Under the pieces are notes generated by a model. That model was not told the origin of the DNA and searched no databases. It was given only the letters and a program-made list of their open reading frames with translations. A stretch of DNA of 64,000 nt from Octopus sinensis (taxonomy: Eukaryota). The stretch covers positions 5,022,001 to 5,086,000 of the forward strand of contig NC_043010.1 of the NCBI RefSeq assembly GCF_006345805.1. The letters run 5' to 3'. The position numbers were made by a program, and so were the translations under genes. Positions 11,877-24,022 of this stretch are shown in pieces. Each line of letters opens with the position of its first letter. Position 1 is the first letter of the stretch.

Positions 11877-12108
11877 TGGCGCCGAGCTGGCAGAAACGTT
11901 AGCACGCCGGGCGAAATGCGTAGCCGTATTTCGTCTGCTGTTACGTTCTGAGTTCAAATTCTGCCGAGGTCGACTTTGCCTTTCATCCTTTCAGGGTCGA
12001 TTAAATAAGTACCAGTTATGCACTGGGGTCGATATAATTGACTTAATCCGTTTGTCTGTCCTTGTTTGTCCTCTCTGTGTTTAGCCCCTTGTGGATAGTA
12101 AAGAAATA
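11877..12108 (+). mobile_element. SINE family B (Meta/MESC-like central domain GCCGAGGTCGACTTTGCCTTTCATCC)
   Basis: tRNA-like head with GAGTTCAAATTC B box; more than 15 copies, e.g. 29078-29290, 39172-39370, 60312-60456, 62158-62388. Confidence 0.8.
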
Positions 12109-12984
12109 GAATTGGCATGACACTGTGTTACAAAACGGTCCTTTGAAGTACAGGGCATAATCCAGAAAGAGAAAGGTAAAGACAGAGAGAGAGAGAGAGA
12201 GAAATGTATTCCTATATGAAGCAGGTATCTAACTTCATCGATCTTTTATCCTCTTTCATTCATTGGATTGTGGCCATGCTGGGGCACCACTTTGAGTTTC
12301 ATGTGAACAACTGACCCCCTGGTACTTATATCTCTATCAAGTTCTGCAACTTATTTTATTGGCCTTTATTGCTGAACAGTTAAGTTACAGGGAATATAAA
12401 CAAACCAACACCAGTCATCAAACAGTAGTGGGGACAATAACATAAACACACACAAACACACACACACACACACATACACACATATGTATATACAATGGGT
12501 TTCCATACAGTTTCCATCTACTAAATTCATTAAAAACAACAATTAGCAAACCCTGGGGCTATAGCAGAAGATAATTGCCCAAAGTGTCACACAGTGGGAC
12601 TGAACCTGAAATCATGTATTTGCAAAACAAGCTTCTTAACCACACAGACTCTGAAAGAATAAAAAACCAAGTTGACCTCTGTGGGATTTGAACTCAGAAT
12701 GAGTGTAGAAGAGGCAGAGTTAATACTACAAAGTATTGCATACAAAGCTCTAAAGATTCTGCTCATTAGCTTCTTTACAGACAAAATATAGTCTCATGTA
12801 CACGTACGTGGCTTGTAAATCAATTAGTGGATTTGGAGGCATTTTTATGTATAATATTGGTTAATATTGGTCTTTGGTAAGGCAGCGAGCAGACAGAATT
12901 GTTAACACACCAGACAAAATGCTTAGCAACATTTCGTCTGTCTTTATGTTCTGAGGTAAAATTCTGCTGAGGTTGATTATTCCT

Positions 12985-13212
12985 TTAACTCTTTCATTGC
13001 CAACCCGGTTGAAACCGGTTCAGGCTCTGAGAGCAAATGTCTTGTTTACATAAGTTTTGAATTAAAATCTTCCACCAAACCTTAGTCACAATTTATGTTC
13101 CTAAAACCAGCTGAATGATAACTAAGCCATTTTACTAAATTCTTTGTTATATTTAAAGTAATTGAAAGAAACCCAGAGCATCTCAAAATAAATACAGTAA
13201 CGAAAGGGTTAA
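12985..13212. mobile_element. piggyBac-like MITE inserted in SINE B
   Basis: TTAA duplicated at both ends; TIR CTCTTTCATTGC/GTAACGAAAGGG; second copy at 35042-35270. Confidence 0.8.
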
Positions 13213-13319
13213 TCTTTTGGGAGTTAATAAAACAAGTAAGATTTGAGCACTGGGGTTGATGTTATTGACTTTCCCCAAATTTCAGGACTTGTGCCTAAAA
13301 GATTCTGTCAGCTTGCTAC

Positions 13320-13358
<39 letters not shown>

Positions 13359-13360
<2 letters not shown>

Positions 13361-13905
13361 CCCCAATGCAATACCAGGCAGAGGCTCTCATGGCTCCTGA
13401 TCTTAACTGATTGGAAGTGTTATCATGTACATTGTTTTGTCTTGGTATAAAAGATGGGCTACAGCAAATATTCTGCTCAATACCACAGATTTGCTTGTCA
13501 GTTGTTTGACCGTAACCAGTTGAGCATGTCCCTTAGTGGCTGACGATGTGTGCATCTCTGATGACGAGCAGAAGTAGTTGGGGAGCATCATAGTCATGTG
13601 TTGAGAGGGATTCTTTGGGGTGTGAATAATTCACCTCTGGTGTTTCATTCAACATCCTTAAACAACCCTTATTCAGGGACCTTTTGAGTGGGATGGGTTA
13701 CTCGGCCAGAAGAAAATTCTAACTGGACGCCACCTGCAAGGTCATGTGCTGTTTATCTTGATATGAGATCACCATGTCATGCACATATGGTTGAGATGCA
13801 TGTGACTAGTGTACCCTTATCAGAAAGGGTAGTCATGATGGGTATACTGGGCTTGGTATATTTTACCCCAGTGTCACTTTGATGGCATGCACTGCTCTCT
13901 CACTC
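13359..13905 (+). mobile_element. Non-coding element flanked by (TAA)n on both sides
   Basis: (TAA)n at 13318-13357 and 13906-13955; no long ORF. Confidence 0.45.
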
Positions 13906-13953
<48 letters not shown>

Positions 13954-13958
<5 letters not shown>

Positions 13959-14324
13959 GAGCACTCAAAGAGCACAATCATCTGCCAAGACAACACCAAC
14001 GTCCTCTCAGTGATTAGTCAGAGATGATTTTTATAATGAGAATATCTGAAATAAATTGGACAGTTCACACAAACGAGAATACTAAAAATAAACCTCACAG
14101 TTCTCGAAAATTAAGTAAAAAAAAAAAAATGGAAAAATAATCCAGAATCCTTGTCAGGTACTGGATCAGTCCCAAAATCTAATCAATTTGTGTCAATCCC
14201 AAGGCCAAACATCTCTGAAAGCTTCATCTGAATCCATCCAGCAGTTCTTGAGATATCTTGTCCACGGACAAACAAACAGACATGACTGAAAACAATACCT
14301 ATGCCTTCACTAAGTTGGAGGTAA
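13954..14324 (+). mobile_element. Helentron/HINE-like non-autonomous element (degenerate)
   Basis: 3' imperfect hairpin ACCTATGCCTTCACTAAGTTGGAGGT preceded by ACAAAC microsatellite; recognised by architecture only. Confidence 0.4.
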
Positions 14325-14384
14325 TAATAAGAAAGGCAAAGTCAACCTCAGCAGAATTTGAACTCAAAACGTAGCAGCACGAAG

Positions 14385-14436
14385 TTTGGTCAGTGAACAG
14401 GTCGCGGTCTCAAAGCGACGAAAATATTTTGACAAA
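14385..14436 (+). ncRNA. Minimal type I hammerhead-like motif with G3:C8 core
   Basis: TTTGGTCA-GTGAACA-G-GTCGC(N9)GCGAC-GAAA-A-TA-T-TT^TGACAAA. Confidence 0.6.
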
Positions 14437-14519
14437 TTAAATTTAAATGTTGAAGTGAATCTAATGGTTTTTGTGTGTTCTTTAAATGGCTTATAAACAC
14501 CTTCCACGCTGCAATTGTT

Positions 14520-14566
<47 letters not shown>

Positions 14567-14917
14567 CTAGCAGTATCGCCCAGCGTTGCTCGGGTTTGTA
14601 AGGGAAATAACTATATAAACATTTGTAGAGAGTTATAGCCAAAAAATAGCAAAAAAAATGCATTAAAAATGGAAAAAAAATGATGGTAAATTGTTTTTAA
14701 AATCGTTGACTCATCGTAGACATTTTTAGAGAGTTACTTCCCTTATATAATAGCGAAAAAATGCATTAAAATGGAAAAAAAAATGATGGTAAATTTTTTA
14801 AAGATCGTAGACTCATCGTAGATGCACGCTAATACCAAGAAGCGCTCAATATGAATCACGACTATAAGATACCCGGTTTTGGAGACAGACACACAACTTG
14901 ACTTTTATATATAAAGA
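14567..14917 (-). mobile_element. Non-autonomous Helitron with internal duplication
   Basis: TC and CTAG termini as in 4435-4735. Confidence 0.85.
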
Positions 14918-15290
14918 TATATATATATTGATATTTAGTAGAAGCATAAGAGTGACTCGAGGGACAAGTGTTTTGTGCCAACGCATGAAATTCTTGGCCT
15001 TTGAGTCACTCTATACATATACTCAGACATTTTTCCAGTTTGCATCACCATAGCTGCAGGGAGTTCGGTCTGCAGAATGTTTGGCGTTAATAAGGGCATC
15101 TAACCGTAAAAAGGCCATTGCTAAAATGGACCCTAAAGCTTGGTGTAGTCTTTTGCCTGTCCAGCTCGGGTCTGACCACCCAACCCATGCCAGCATGGAA
15201 AGCAGATGTCAAATGATGACGATAATGATGATGGTGATATAATAAAAATATAATGGGATTTTTTAAAAACTGTTGAATGGCTTTAGGAGT

Positions 15291-16400
15291 CCAGTAAACT
15301 AGGAATGAAAGGGGCCCAGAGGGAAAAACTGGTTTAGAACCATTGTGGCAGACGGACATAGACATACATATGACATTTTCTCAGATTAGGAAGGTGATAC
15401 AAGCACACGGCACAGAAACACGGATACAGGGAGACATAGTGGCTATGCTGAATCTACACACACACACACGCACACACACGCACATTACAAGCACACACAC
15501 ACATTACACGCACAAGCATACACATGTACATAGGAATTGCAGGCGGTACAAGTACATACACCGACAGAGGTAGATGCTATACCGATATTTGGAAAGTCGT
15601 TCACACACACACACACACACGCTCACACACACACACACACACACACACACAAGATAAACTAGGCACATAGACGCACATAGACACACACAGACACTCACAC
15701 AGAATACTCAGTACAAACACACGGACACACAAACACACACACACGTAATGGAATCAGTAAAGACACACGCTGTATAGACAGAACAAACACACAGACATAG
15801 AGAGGGAGACACTATGTCGATAGTACACATACGCACTCACACACACACACATACACACAAAGAGTAAGGACAGTAAAGACATAGACACACACACACAGAC
15901 ACAGAAACAGAAAGGTAGATGCTCTATTGATATTACTGATGCACAGACATGTGCTTTGACATAAACAGCAGAGACACACATGGCCACATCCACAACAGAC
16001 AAGGTAAAGTAGAGACTATTCTTTACAGGAGCCCAGAAGTAGTATCAGTAGATCGAACACACAGACAGAGCGCGGTTGATGCTATGTTGGCGGAACAAAC
16101 ACACAGACACATAGAGGTCATCCTTCTATAGCATCGATATGCAGGCTTCATCATGTCAACGAGACGGACTCACAGACACAGACGTGTAGTACAGATACAT
16201 GTACAGACGCACACACACACATTTTTTCCTACTCTAGGCACAAGGGCCGAAATTTTGGGGTAGGGAGCCAGTCGATTAGATCAACCACAGTACGCAACTG
16301 GTACTTAATTTATCGACCCCGAAGTCCACTTCGGTACTACTGGTGAACAGTGGTCCCGGTGCGACCAGTTACAACTACAGCCGGCTATTACTAGTAAAGG
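15291..16400 (-). mobile_element. Composite about 1.1-kb repeat (SINE B core plus long CA-rich extension), copy 1
   Basis: Colinear with 24023-25115; shared anchors GGGGCCCAGAGGGAAAAACTGG and GAGCCCAGAAGTAGTATC. Confidence 0.8.
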
Positions 16401-16529
16401 TTTTAGTTGCTAATTTTGTACAAGACATTGTAGATCTTTAGCTGGGCTAAAAAGTCACATTTGATCACAGCACCAGTAACAGTTAAGTATGGCCATACTC
16501 GATAACGAGGGGGAAGCCATAAAGAAAAA

Positions 16530-16659
16530 AAAATGTTTGTGTGCATGTATGTATGTAAGTATGTATGTATGTGTGTATGTATGTATGTGTGTATGAATGC
16601 ATGTATGTATGTATGTATGTATGTATGCATGTATGTATGTATGTATGTGTGTATGTGTG

Positions 16660-16690
<31 letters not shown>

Positions 16691-17015
16691 GTATGTATGT
16701 GTGTATGTATGTATGTATGTGTGTGTATATATATGTATGCATGTATGTATGTATGTATGCATGTATGTATGTATGTATGTGTGTATGTGTGTATGTATGT
16801 ATGTATGTATGTATGTAAGTATGTATGTATGTATGTATGTGTGTATGTGTGTATGTGTGTATGTATGTATGTATGTATGTAAGTATGTATGTGTGTATGT
16901 ATGTATGTATGTATGTATGTATGTATGCATGTATGCATGTATGCATGTGTATATGTATGTATGATGTATGTATGTATGTATGTGTGTATGTATGTATGTG
17001 TGTATGTATGTATGA
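16530..17015. repeat. (TATG)n array
   Basis: Direct reading. Confidence 0.97.
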
Positions 17016-18119
17016 GTGATTGTGTGTATGGGTGTTTATATATTTGTACCTCGTTGTTGTGACATTGTGTGGTTGTTGCAAATGAGTTCCATTCCTTTCC
17101 AGTATTCTGTGAAAATATGTCTGACCAAGAAGAAATATTGCATTGCTTGGAAACAGTTAAGGTTTGAAGACAGCAAGAGCATCCAGCTGTAGAAAATCTC
17201 CCCCAATAAACTCTGACAGACTTATGCAAACATTGAAAAGTAGACATGATGAGTGATGATGAGTGATGATGAGTGATGATGAGTGATGATGATTCGCTGA
17301 ATGTGCATGAATGGCAGGGCATAGATGGGCTGAAAGGAAACCAGTTGTGGTGGGCAAGGGAAATGGCTGTTGGTATAATCATACAAGGTATATATATATG
17401 GCTGAAGAAAGCTGAGTGACGAAGTGGCAGGAGATAGTTTTGGAGGAAAGCGAATGGAAGAGGAAGATCAAGGAAGAGATGGGCAGAAGTGGTGATGGTT
17501 GACTCCAGAAAGCAGATGACGAAGGAATACAAGACAAATGGTAAGATGCTGCATTGTAGAAGACCTGTCCAATTCATGCAAAGACGAAAAAAAAAAAAAA
17601 CTGACATAAAATTGATGACAATGATGATGGTGGTAGTGGAGATAATGATGGTGATGGTGATGATGATGATGATGATGAGAATGAGGATGCTGCTGTTGAG
17701 CGTAGCGGTCTTTGTCCTAGTGGGAGAAGTCTGAAACGTGGTCCTTTGCTATTCGTAAGACCCGCAGAAGAGAAAGCAGGTCAACCCCCGACACCGAGAG
17801 CATCAACGGATGGATGAATGCGAAATCCAGGCTCAGAGGTTGCGTAGGAAGTCGGGGACAAGAAACAGGAAGAAAGAGTGAGAGAAAGTTGGAGCGAAAG
17901 AGTACAACAGGGGTCGACACCACTCCCTGCCGGAGCCTCGTGGAGCTTTAGGTGTTTTCGCTCAATAAACACACACAACGCCTGGTCTGGGAATCGAAAC
18001 CGCGATCCTCCGACCGCAAGTCCGCTGCCCTAACCATTGGGCCATTGCGCCTCCTGAGGATGCTGCTGCTGATAGTGATGATGAGGAAGATGAAGAGGAG
18101 GAAGAACAGGAGGATCTGT

Positions 18120-18555
18120 TCAATTCAATGGCCATTGATCAATGAGCACATTTGTGAGGATTTGCACCTATCCAATAGGGGATTTGCCCAGGAAATGGGA
18201 TACTTTCATGATACCATTGCTTGTCACCTTCACTCCATGGCAACAAGATATGCTTTATCAATACAGCAACACTCACACACACATTGCTAATTTAACCAAA
18301 GATGTTATTCAAGAGCTGTCTTGGGACATTCCAATACATGTATTCTTCTGATATAGCATCTTCAGATTATTTCCCTTCCCAGTCACTCTTCAAGAGTCTG
18401 AGAAACATTTCATTTAACAATTATATGAAGCTAAAAACGTGGCTTCTTGAAATCTTTCAGTTAAGACCCGAGGAGTTCTACCATCGAGGCATTGACAAGC
18501 AAGAAATTAGAACATTGGCCAGAAATTGGGAAAAATGAAGGAGAACACATTGGTT
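18120..18555 (+). pseudogene. mariner transposase remnant
   Basis: YSSDIASSDYF resembles YSPDLAPSDY; FYHRGIDK C-terminal motif; frameshifts. Confidence 0.75.
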
Positions 18556-18687
18556 TCAGATTTTAGCATAAAACAAGAAATTTTTGTGAGAGGGATCAAG
18601 TCAGTTCCACCGACTATAGGACTTAATCAGAACTCATTTTATCAACCCTAATAGGATGAAAGGCAAAGTAAAAATTTTTTTTTTTTA

Positions 18688-19067
18688 TTTTTACTTGTTT
18701 CAGTCATTTGACTGTGGCCATGCTGGAGCACCGCCTTTAGTCGAGCAAATCGACCCCGGGACTTATTCTTTGTAAGCCCAGTACTTATTCTATCGGTCTC
18801 TTTTGCCGAACCGCTAAGTGACAGGGACGTAAACACACCTGCATCGGTTGTCAAGCAATGCTAGGGGGACAAACACAGACACACAAACACATATACACAT
18901 ATACATATATACGACAGGCTTCTTTCAGTTTCCGTCTACCAAATCCACTCACAAGGCATTGGTCGGCCTGGGGCTATAGCAGAAGACACTTCCCCAAGAT
19001 GCCACGCAGTGGGACTGAACCCGGAACCATGTGGTTGGTTAGCAGGCTACTTACCACACAGTTACTC
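18688..19067 (-). mobile_element. SINE family A, full length
   Basis: Similarity to other copies. Confidence 0.88.
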
Positions 19068-19159
19068 CTGCGCCTGGTGGAATTTTAATTCAGAATGTAA
19101 CAACAGACAAAATGTCACTAAACATTTTACCTGGCATGTTAATGACTCTGCCTACTTAC

Positions 19160-19569
19160 CAGTGCTGGATTAACTATTAAGCAAAATAAGCAGGTGCTTG
19201 GGGACACCACAGAAATAGTAAATGGTTCACAGCACAAAAGAAATCACTTTGAACTTGCTAAAATAATATTTGGGATGCCTTTATCCCTACTAAGTATAGA
19301 TGCAGGTGTGTTACCTAAGATTAATTTTGAGGAGCTGACCAAAGACTTTGCAATTCAAAAAAGTAGGAGGAAACATTTTCAAATATGAATAAAATGGAAG
19401 TATACAAAAATAAGCATCATGTTTCCCTCTTAGGGTTTTGTTTCGTTTTAACAAATAAAAATTTATTTTATGGTTTGTTATTGTTTATACTTTGAATTAC
19501 TTAATCTTTTATGGGGGCACCAAAATCTTTTAAGTGCTTAGGGCCTCAATGGGTCTTAATCCGGCCCTG
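19160..19569 (+). mobile_element. Internally deleted hAT element
   Basis: TIRs CAGTGCTGGATTAA/TTAATCCGGCCCTG; 8-bp TSD CTACTTAC/CTGCTCAC; SLLSIDAG..KINFEELTKDFA resembles hAT C-terminal dimerisation domain. Confidence 0.75.
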
Positions 19570-19879
19570 CTGCTCACCACCTCATTGAAGGAGAATAAAC
19601 TGACTTCAAATTTTGGCAGAAAGTCAACAAATTTGGGGAAGTGGGTTTGTCGATTACATCTAGCCTGGTACTCTGCTGGTGCTTATTCAATTGACCCTGA
19701 GAGGATGACAGATGGAATTTGAACTCAGAATGCAGAGACATAAAATGCCACTAAGCATTTTGTCTGGTGTGCAAATTCTTTTGCCAGCTTACTGCTTTTG
19801 TAGGAGAATACATTAATGACTGATTTGTTGAAACTGTTGATGAAAAATAAGGATTAAGAGAAATGGGAGGGAAAAAAAT

Positions 19880-20415
19880 TATCTGACAAGTCAATATTAA
19901 TCGTCTGGAAGCCATTCAGCGACATGCAGCCAAGAGAATACTCTCCATCAGGCATTTGCCATATTCTGAATGCCTTACTTCCCTGGGCATGGATACATTG
20001 AAACTCCAACATCTGGCAGCTGACTTGGCAGACACCCATAAAATAATTAACCATCTTACTAACAATAACTCTGAGCACCTTTTCAAACTCCACCTGTGGA
20101 CATGTTTACAAAGTCAGAAAACAGCACAGCTCCCATGACTTTCGGAAACATTTTTTCATGCTAAGAGTTGCTGAAGCATGGAACAAACAGCCGGCATCAG
20201 TTGTTAGTTGTCAGAACACTGCATCCTTCAAAACTTCCATGCTTCCTCAGATTTGCCAACACTACACCTGATTTTCTCCCCTCCATACACACGCAAGCAT
20301 GTATCTGACTCATACATTGTTCGCTTTCCAGACATTTTTACATTACTGCATATGCTTTATATGCACTTTTGACAAGTTGTGGTGCACCTGAACACTATAC
20401 AATAATTTCATTATT
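19880..20415 (+). mobile_element. CR1-like LINE 3' end
   Basis: RLEAIQRHAAKRI..LPYSECL..L..D..THKII..GHVYKV..RKHFF..RVAEAWN; (ATT)n tail. Confidence 0.8.
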
Positions 20416-20445
20416 TTTATTATCATTATTATTATTATTATTATT

Positions 20446-20736
20446 GTCATTTACTTTTAATCTGCCTGTTTGATGCAATCACTTGCCGGGGCACACCCAG
20501 TGCCCTAGGGCAAGTGAAGGTTAAGAGTTGTTGAAATATAGCTGAAAGCTTGGGGAGGGGAAGTAGAGAAATATCTCCATGTAATACAACACAAACATTT
20601 ACATTGATAGGGTTTTTCTAAGGATGTGGGCAGTACTTGTTAGCACAATCTTTTGGATTTCCTTGAGACATGGTTCTCCAGGGATATTGTCTAGGTGTTT
20701 CTGACATCCCTTTTTTATCATACCTAGGGCACCTAC

Positions 20737-20740
<4 letters not shown>
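20446..20740 (-). mobile_element. R4/Dong-clade 3' end in (TAA)n
   Basis: VGALGMIKKGCQKHLDNIPGEPCLKEIQKIVLTSTAHILRKTLSM* (stop 20599-20601); (TAA)n on both sides. Confidence 0.8.
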
Positions 20741-20772
<32 letters not shown>

Positions 20773-20797
20773 GATTATTATTATTATTATTATTATG

Positions 20798-20886
<89 letters not shown>

Positions 20887-20905
20887 GATATTATTATTAT
20901 TATTA

Positions 20906-20953
<48 letters not shown>

Positions 20954-20978
20954 GATTATTATTATTATTATTATTATG

Positions 20979-21035
<57 letters not shown>
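20740..21035. repeat. (ATT)n array
   Basis: Direct reading. Confidence 0.97.
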
Positions 21036-21037
<2 letters not shown>

Positions 21038-21439
21038 AGTGGAAATGGCTAAATATTCCATAGTGTTAATGTTATCCTCAGACAAACACACAGACTGCGT
21101 TACGCATTATATAGAAAGGTGGGTATGATTTTATTTCAGTATAATCCATATGATGGCTAACCATACAGTTTCCATCAATCAAATTTTACACTCAATACTT
21201 TGGCTTGACCAATGCCATGCTCAAGTCCCTTTGTCTAAGGTCCCATGCAGTAGGATTGAAACCAAGAGTCCATAGCTGAAGCTAGAAGTTCTGAAACATT
21301 TCACCATAGTTGCACCCAATGGCAGAAACATACACACATACGCACACATATGCAGAGAGAATGATACACACACACACAGACGTAGAATAAAACACGTGCA
21401 CACATGCACACGCACGAGCATGCACACGCACGAGCATGC

Positions 21440-21650
21440 ACACTCACACACACACATACACACACACACAGGATCATACTAACACACACACATACACACA
21501 CACACAGGATCACACTAACACACACACATACACACACACACAGGATCACACTAACACACACACATACACACACACACAGGATCACACTCACACACACACA
21601 TACACACACACACAGGATCACACTCACACACACATATACACATATGCCGA
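21440..21650. repeat. 36-bp minisatellite, 5 copies
   Basis: GGATC at 21471, 21507, 21543, 21579, 21615. Confidence 0.92.
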
Positions 21651-21970
21651 CATAATATGATATTTTCATTCACTGATCACATGTGACTAACTCTGTGCAC
21701 ATGTGACCTGTGAATGAAACAAACACACAGACACAGTTTCCTAAAGAATGGCTGAATATGTGGAGGCATATTCATGTCTGTATGTCTATGTATACATTAT
21801 TTACATTATTTACATTATTTACAATTGATGGATATTTGTCCTAAGGTATTTGTCGATGTTGTTGTTATTATTGTTCAGATCACAGCCTGCAATCTTGGGG
21901 TTAAGAGCACGGGTTACTAACCCCAAGATTCCGAGTTTGATTCCAGGCATTGACCTGAATAATAATAATA

Positions 21971-22006
<36 letters not shown>

Positions 22007-22094
22007 TAATAATAATAATAATAAGGTGTCGGGAAGACACTCGGCAAGAAATGGAAGCAAATTTGAAAGAAGAAAAAAAAAGATAATAATAATG

Positions 22095-22134
<40 letters not shown>

Positions 22135-22155
22135 TAATAATAATAATAATAATAA

Positions 22156-22568
22156 AGACCTACCAAAAACTGAGCAAATATAAAGATCTTGAAATAGAAA
22201 TCAGCAAAATGTGGAAGCTGAAGACTAAAACAATACCTGTTGTCATGGGTGCCCTGGGAATGATAGCAAAGGGGCTGATTGCTACCTAACTCAGATACCA
22301 GGAAACCCAAAAATGGCAGAAATTCAAAAGATAGTGCTCATGGGAACTGCTCATATCCTACGCAAAATACTTTCTATGTAATCTCAAGGTTTAAAACAAA
22401 CATAATTTTTTTTTTTTAGACATTCGCTAGTACAACACCAAAAAAAAACCCAACAAATATATGGCACACAAGGCATAACAACAACATGAACTTCCTCCTG
22501 TTGTCTCTTGAGGTCTCTGGGTGAGACTTGGAGCCAACTTGTACAAATATAAAGCAAAAGTCAAACAT
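22156..22568 (+). mobile_element. R4/Dong-clade 3' end in (TAA)n
   Basis: KLSKYKDLEIEISKMWKLKTKTIPVVMGALG..IQKIVLMGTAHILRKILSM* (stop 22379-22381); (TAA)n on both sides. Confidence 0.85.
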
Positions 22569-22887
22569 ATAATAATAATAAAAATCATTTCTATTATAGG
22601 CACAAGGCCTGAAATTTTGGGGTCAAACACATTGACCCAGTGCTCAAATGGTTCTTATTTATAGACTCCAAGGGATGAAAAGCAAAGTTGATCTTGCCGG
22701 AATCTGAACTCAGAACATAAAGACGGGTGAGCTGCTGGTAGGCATTTTCTCTGGTGCACTAATGGTTCTGCCAGCTACCCAGCTACCCAGCTGACTCCCT
22801 CCTTCAAATTTCTAAGTTTTATGCTAATATTTGACACCAATATAAGGGTAAAAACAACAGCATTTACAACCAGTATTTTATATCCAT

Positions 22888-23192
22888 GTGGAGGCACAAT
22901 GGCCCAGTGGTTAGGGCAGTGGACTCGCATTCGGAGGATCACAGTTTCGATTCCCAGACTGGGCGTTGTGTGTGTTTATTGAGCGAAAACACCTAAAGCT
23001 CCCCGAGGCTTCAGCAGGAGGTGGTGGCGACCCCCGTTGTACTCTTTTGCCCCAACTTTCTCTCACTCTCTCTTCCTGTTTCTTGAGTAACGCTGCGATG
23101 GACTGGCTTCCCGTCCAGCTGGCGGGGGAGGACACATTCGCCACAGAAACCGGGAAACTGGGCCCATGGGCCTGGCTAGGCTTGAAAAGGGC
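22888..23192 (+). mobile_element. SINE family C, full length
   Basis: A and B boxes; tail GAAACCGGGAAACTGGGCCCATGGGCCTGGCTAGG. Confidence 0.85.
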
Positions 23193-23544
23193 GAGAAAAA
23201 AAAATTTTTATATCCATACTGTAAAATGAAATAATGGTTGTTTGATTTAGGCAGAAGACCAGTAATTTTGAAGAGCAAGGGTTAGTTGATAACATCAATA
23301 CCAGTGCATGACTAATTCTGTATTGATTCCAGAAGAATGAATGTCAAAGTTCAGTGACACAAACACTGTGAAATATCTTCCCAAATTCCAATGGTTCTGC
23401 CAGCTCATGTCACAAAAGTGAAAGATGGAGGGACATTAAATGGATGAGTTGCTAAATGTGTAATATTTACACTGAATTCAAATAGATTTTTCTAAAACTG
23501 ATAGTATGCACACACACACACATACATGCTCATAGGCCTATGAA

Positions 23545-23990
23545 ACATCATCTTGTGATGCACCTGGTATCGTCAGTGATGTTTTCGGAGGTTATTAGAT
23601 ATTTTGCATCTTTCAACATAAGACATCTTCGTCCAAGAGACCCTGCTAGTGTTGACCAAGCCCCACCTTATATTCAATTTGTACTACCACTAGTAGCACC
23701 CTTCCCACTATCTCAGGGTTCAGTCTTGATGGTCCACAGTTGCCTTCAAGCAACCTCTACTGCTTCCATAGTGAATCTGATGGCCTTCTACTAACTGGCC
23801 TCTGTGATGTCAAGCTTTGCAATAAGACTGGCCTGCAAGTCCTTTGCAACCCACATCATTGGGATCACACCTTACCTAACGCCTGTTGCTTTGGCATATC
23901 TACATCAGCTCAACTTATTCCCTTCTCTTGCTATAATTTTCCCCTTGATGAGGTCCTACTAGGGAAATAGCAAATTCTATCAGAACCACT
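23545..23990 (-). mobile_element. HERO-like (RLE) non-LTR 3' remnant
   Basis: DVGCKGLAGQSYCKA..DIT....KAIRFTMEAVE....LWTIK resembles EVGCRGF..SL..A..A.EAAE.AS.WLW; followed by 3'UTR ending ACATCACTGACGAT. Confidence 0.6.
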
Positions 23991-24022
23991 TGCTTTGATC
24001 ACCTCTGAGATCAGCACTGTAA

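Noticed and set aside
11694-11957. 87-aa ORF and a possible plus-strand exon YEDGFSAGLDDK
   Set aside because: Overlaps SINE B and a degenerate inverted SINE tail.
14949-15012. 64-bp mini-MITE with 10-bp inverted ends
   Set aside because: No consistent TSD and no second copy in the window.
22888-22965. tRNA gene calls for SINE heads
   Set aside because: A and B boxes are present but there is no full cloverleaf, and each head continues into a repeated SINE body.
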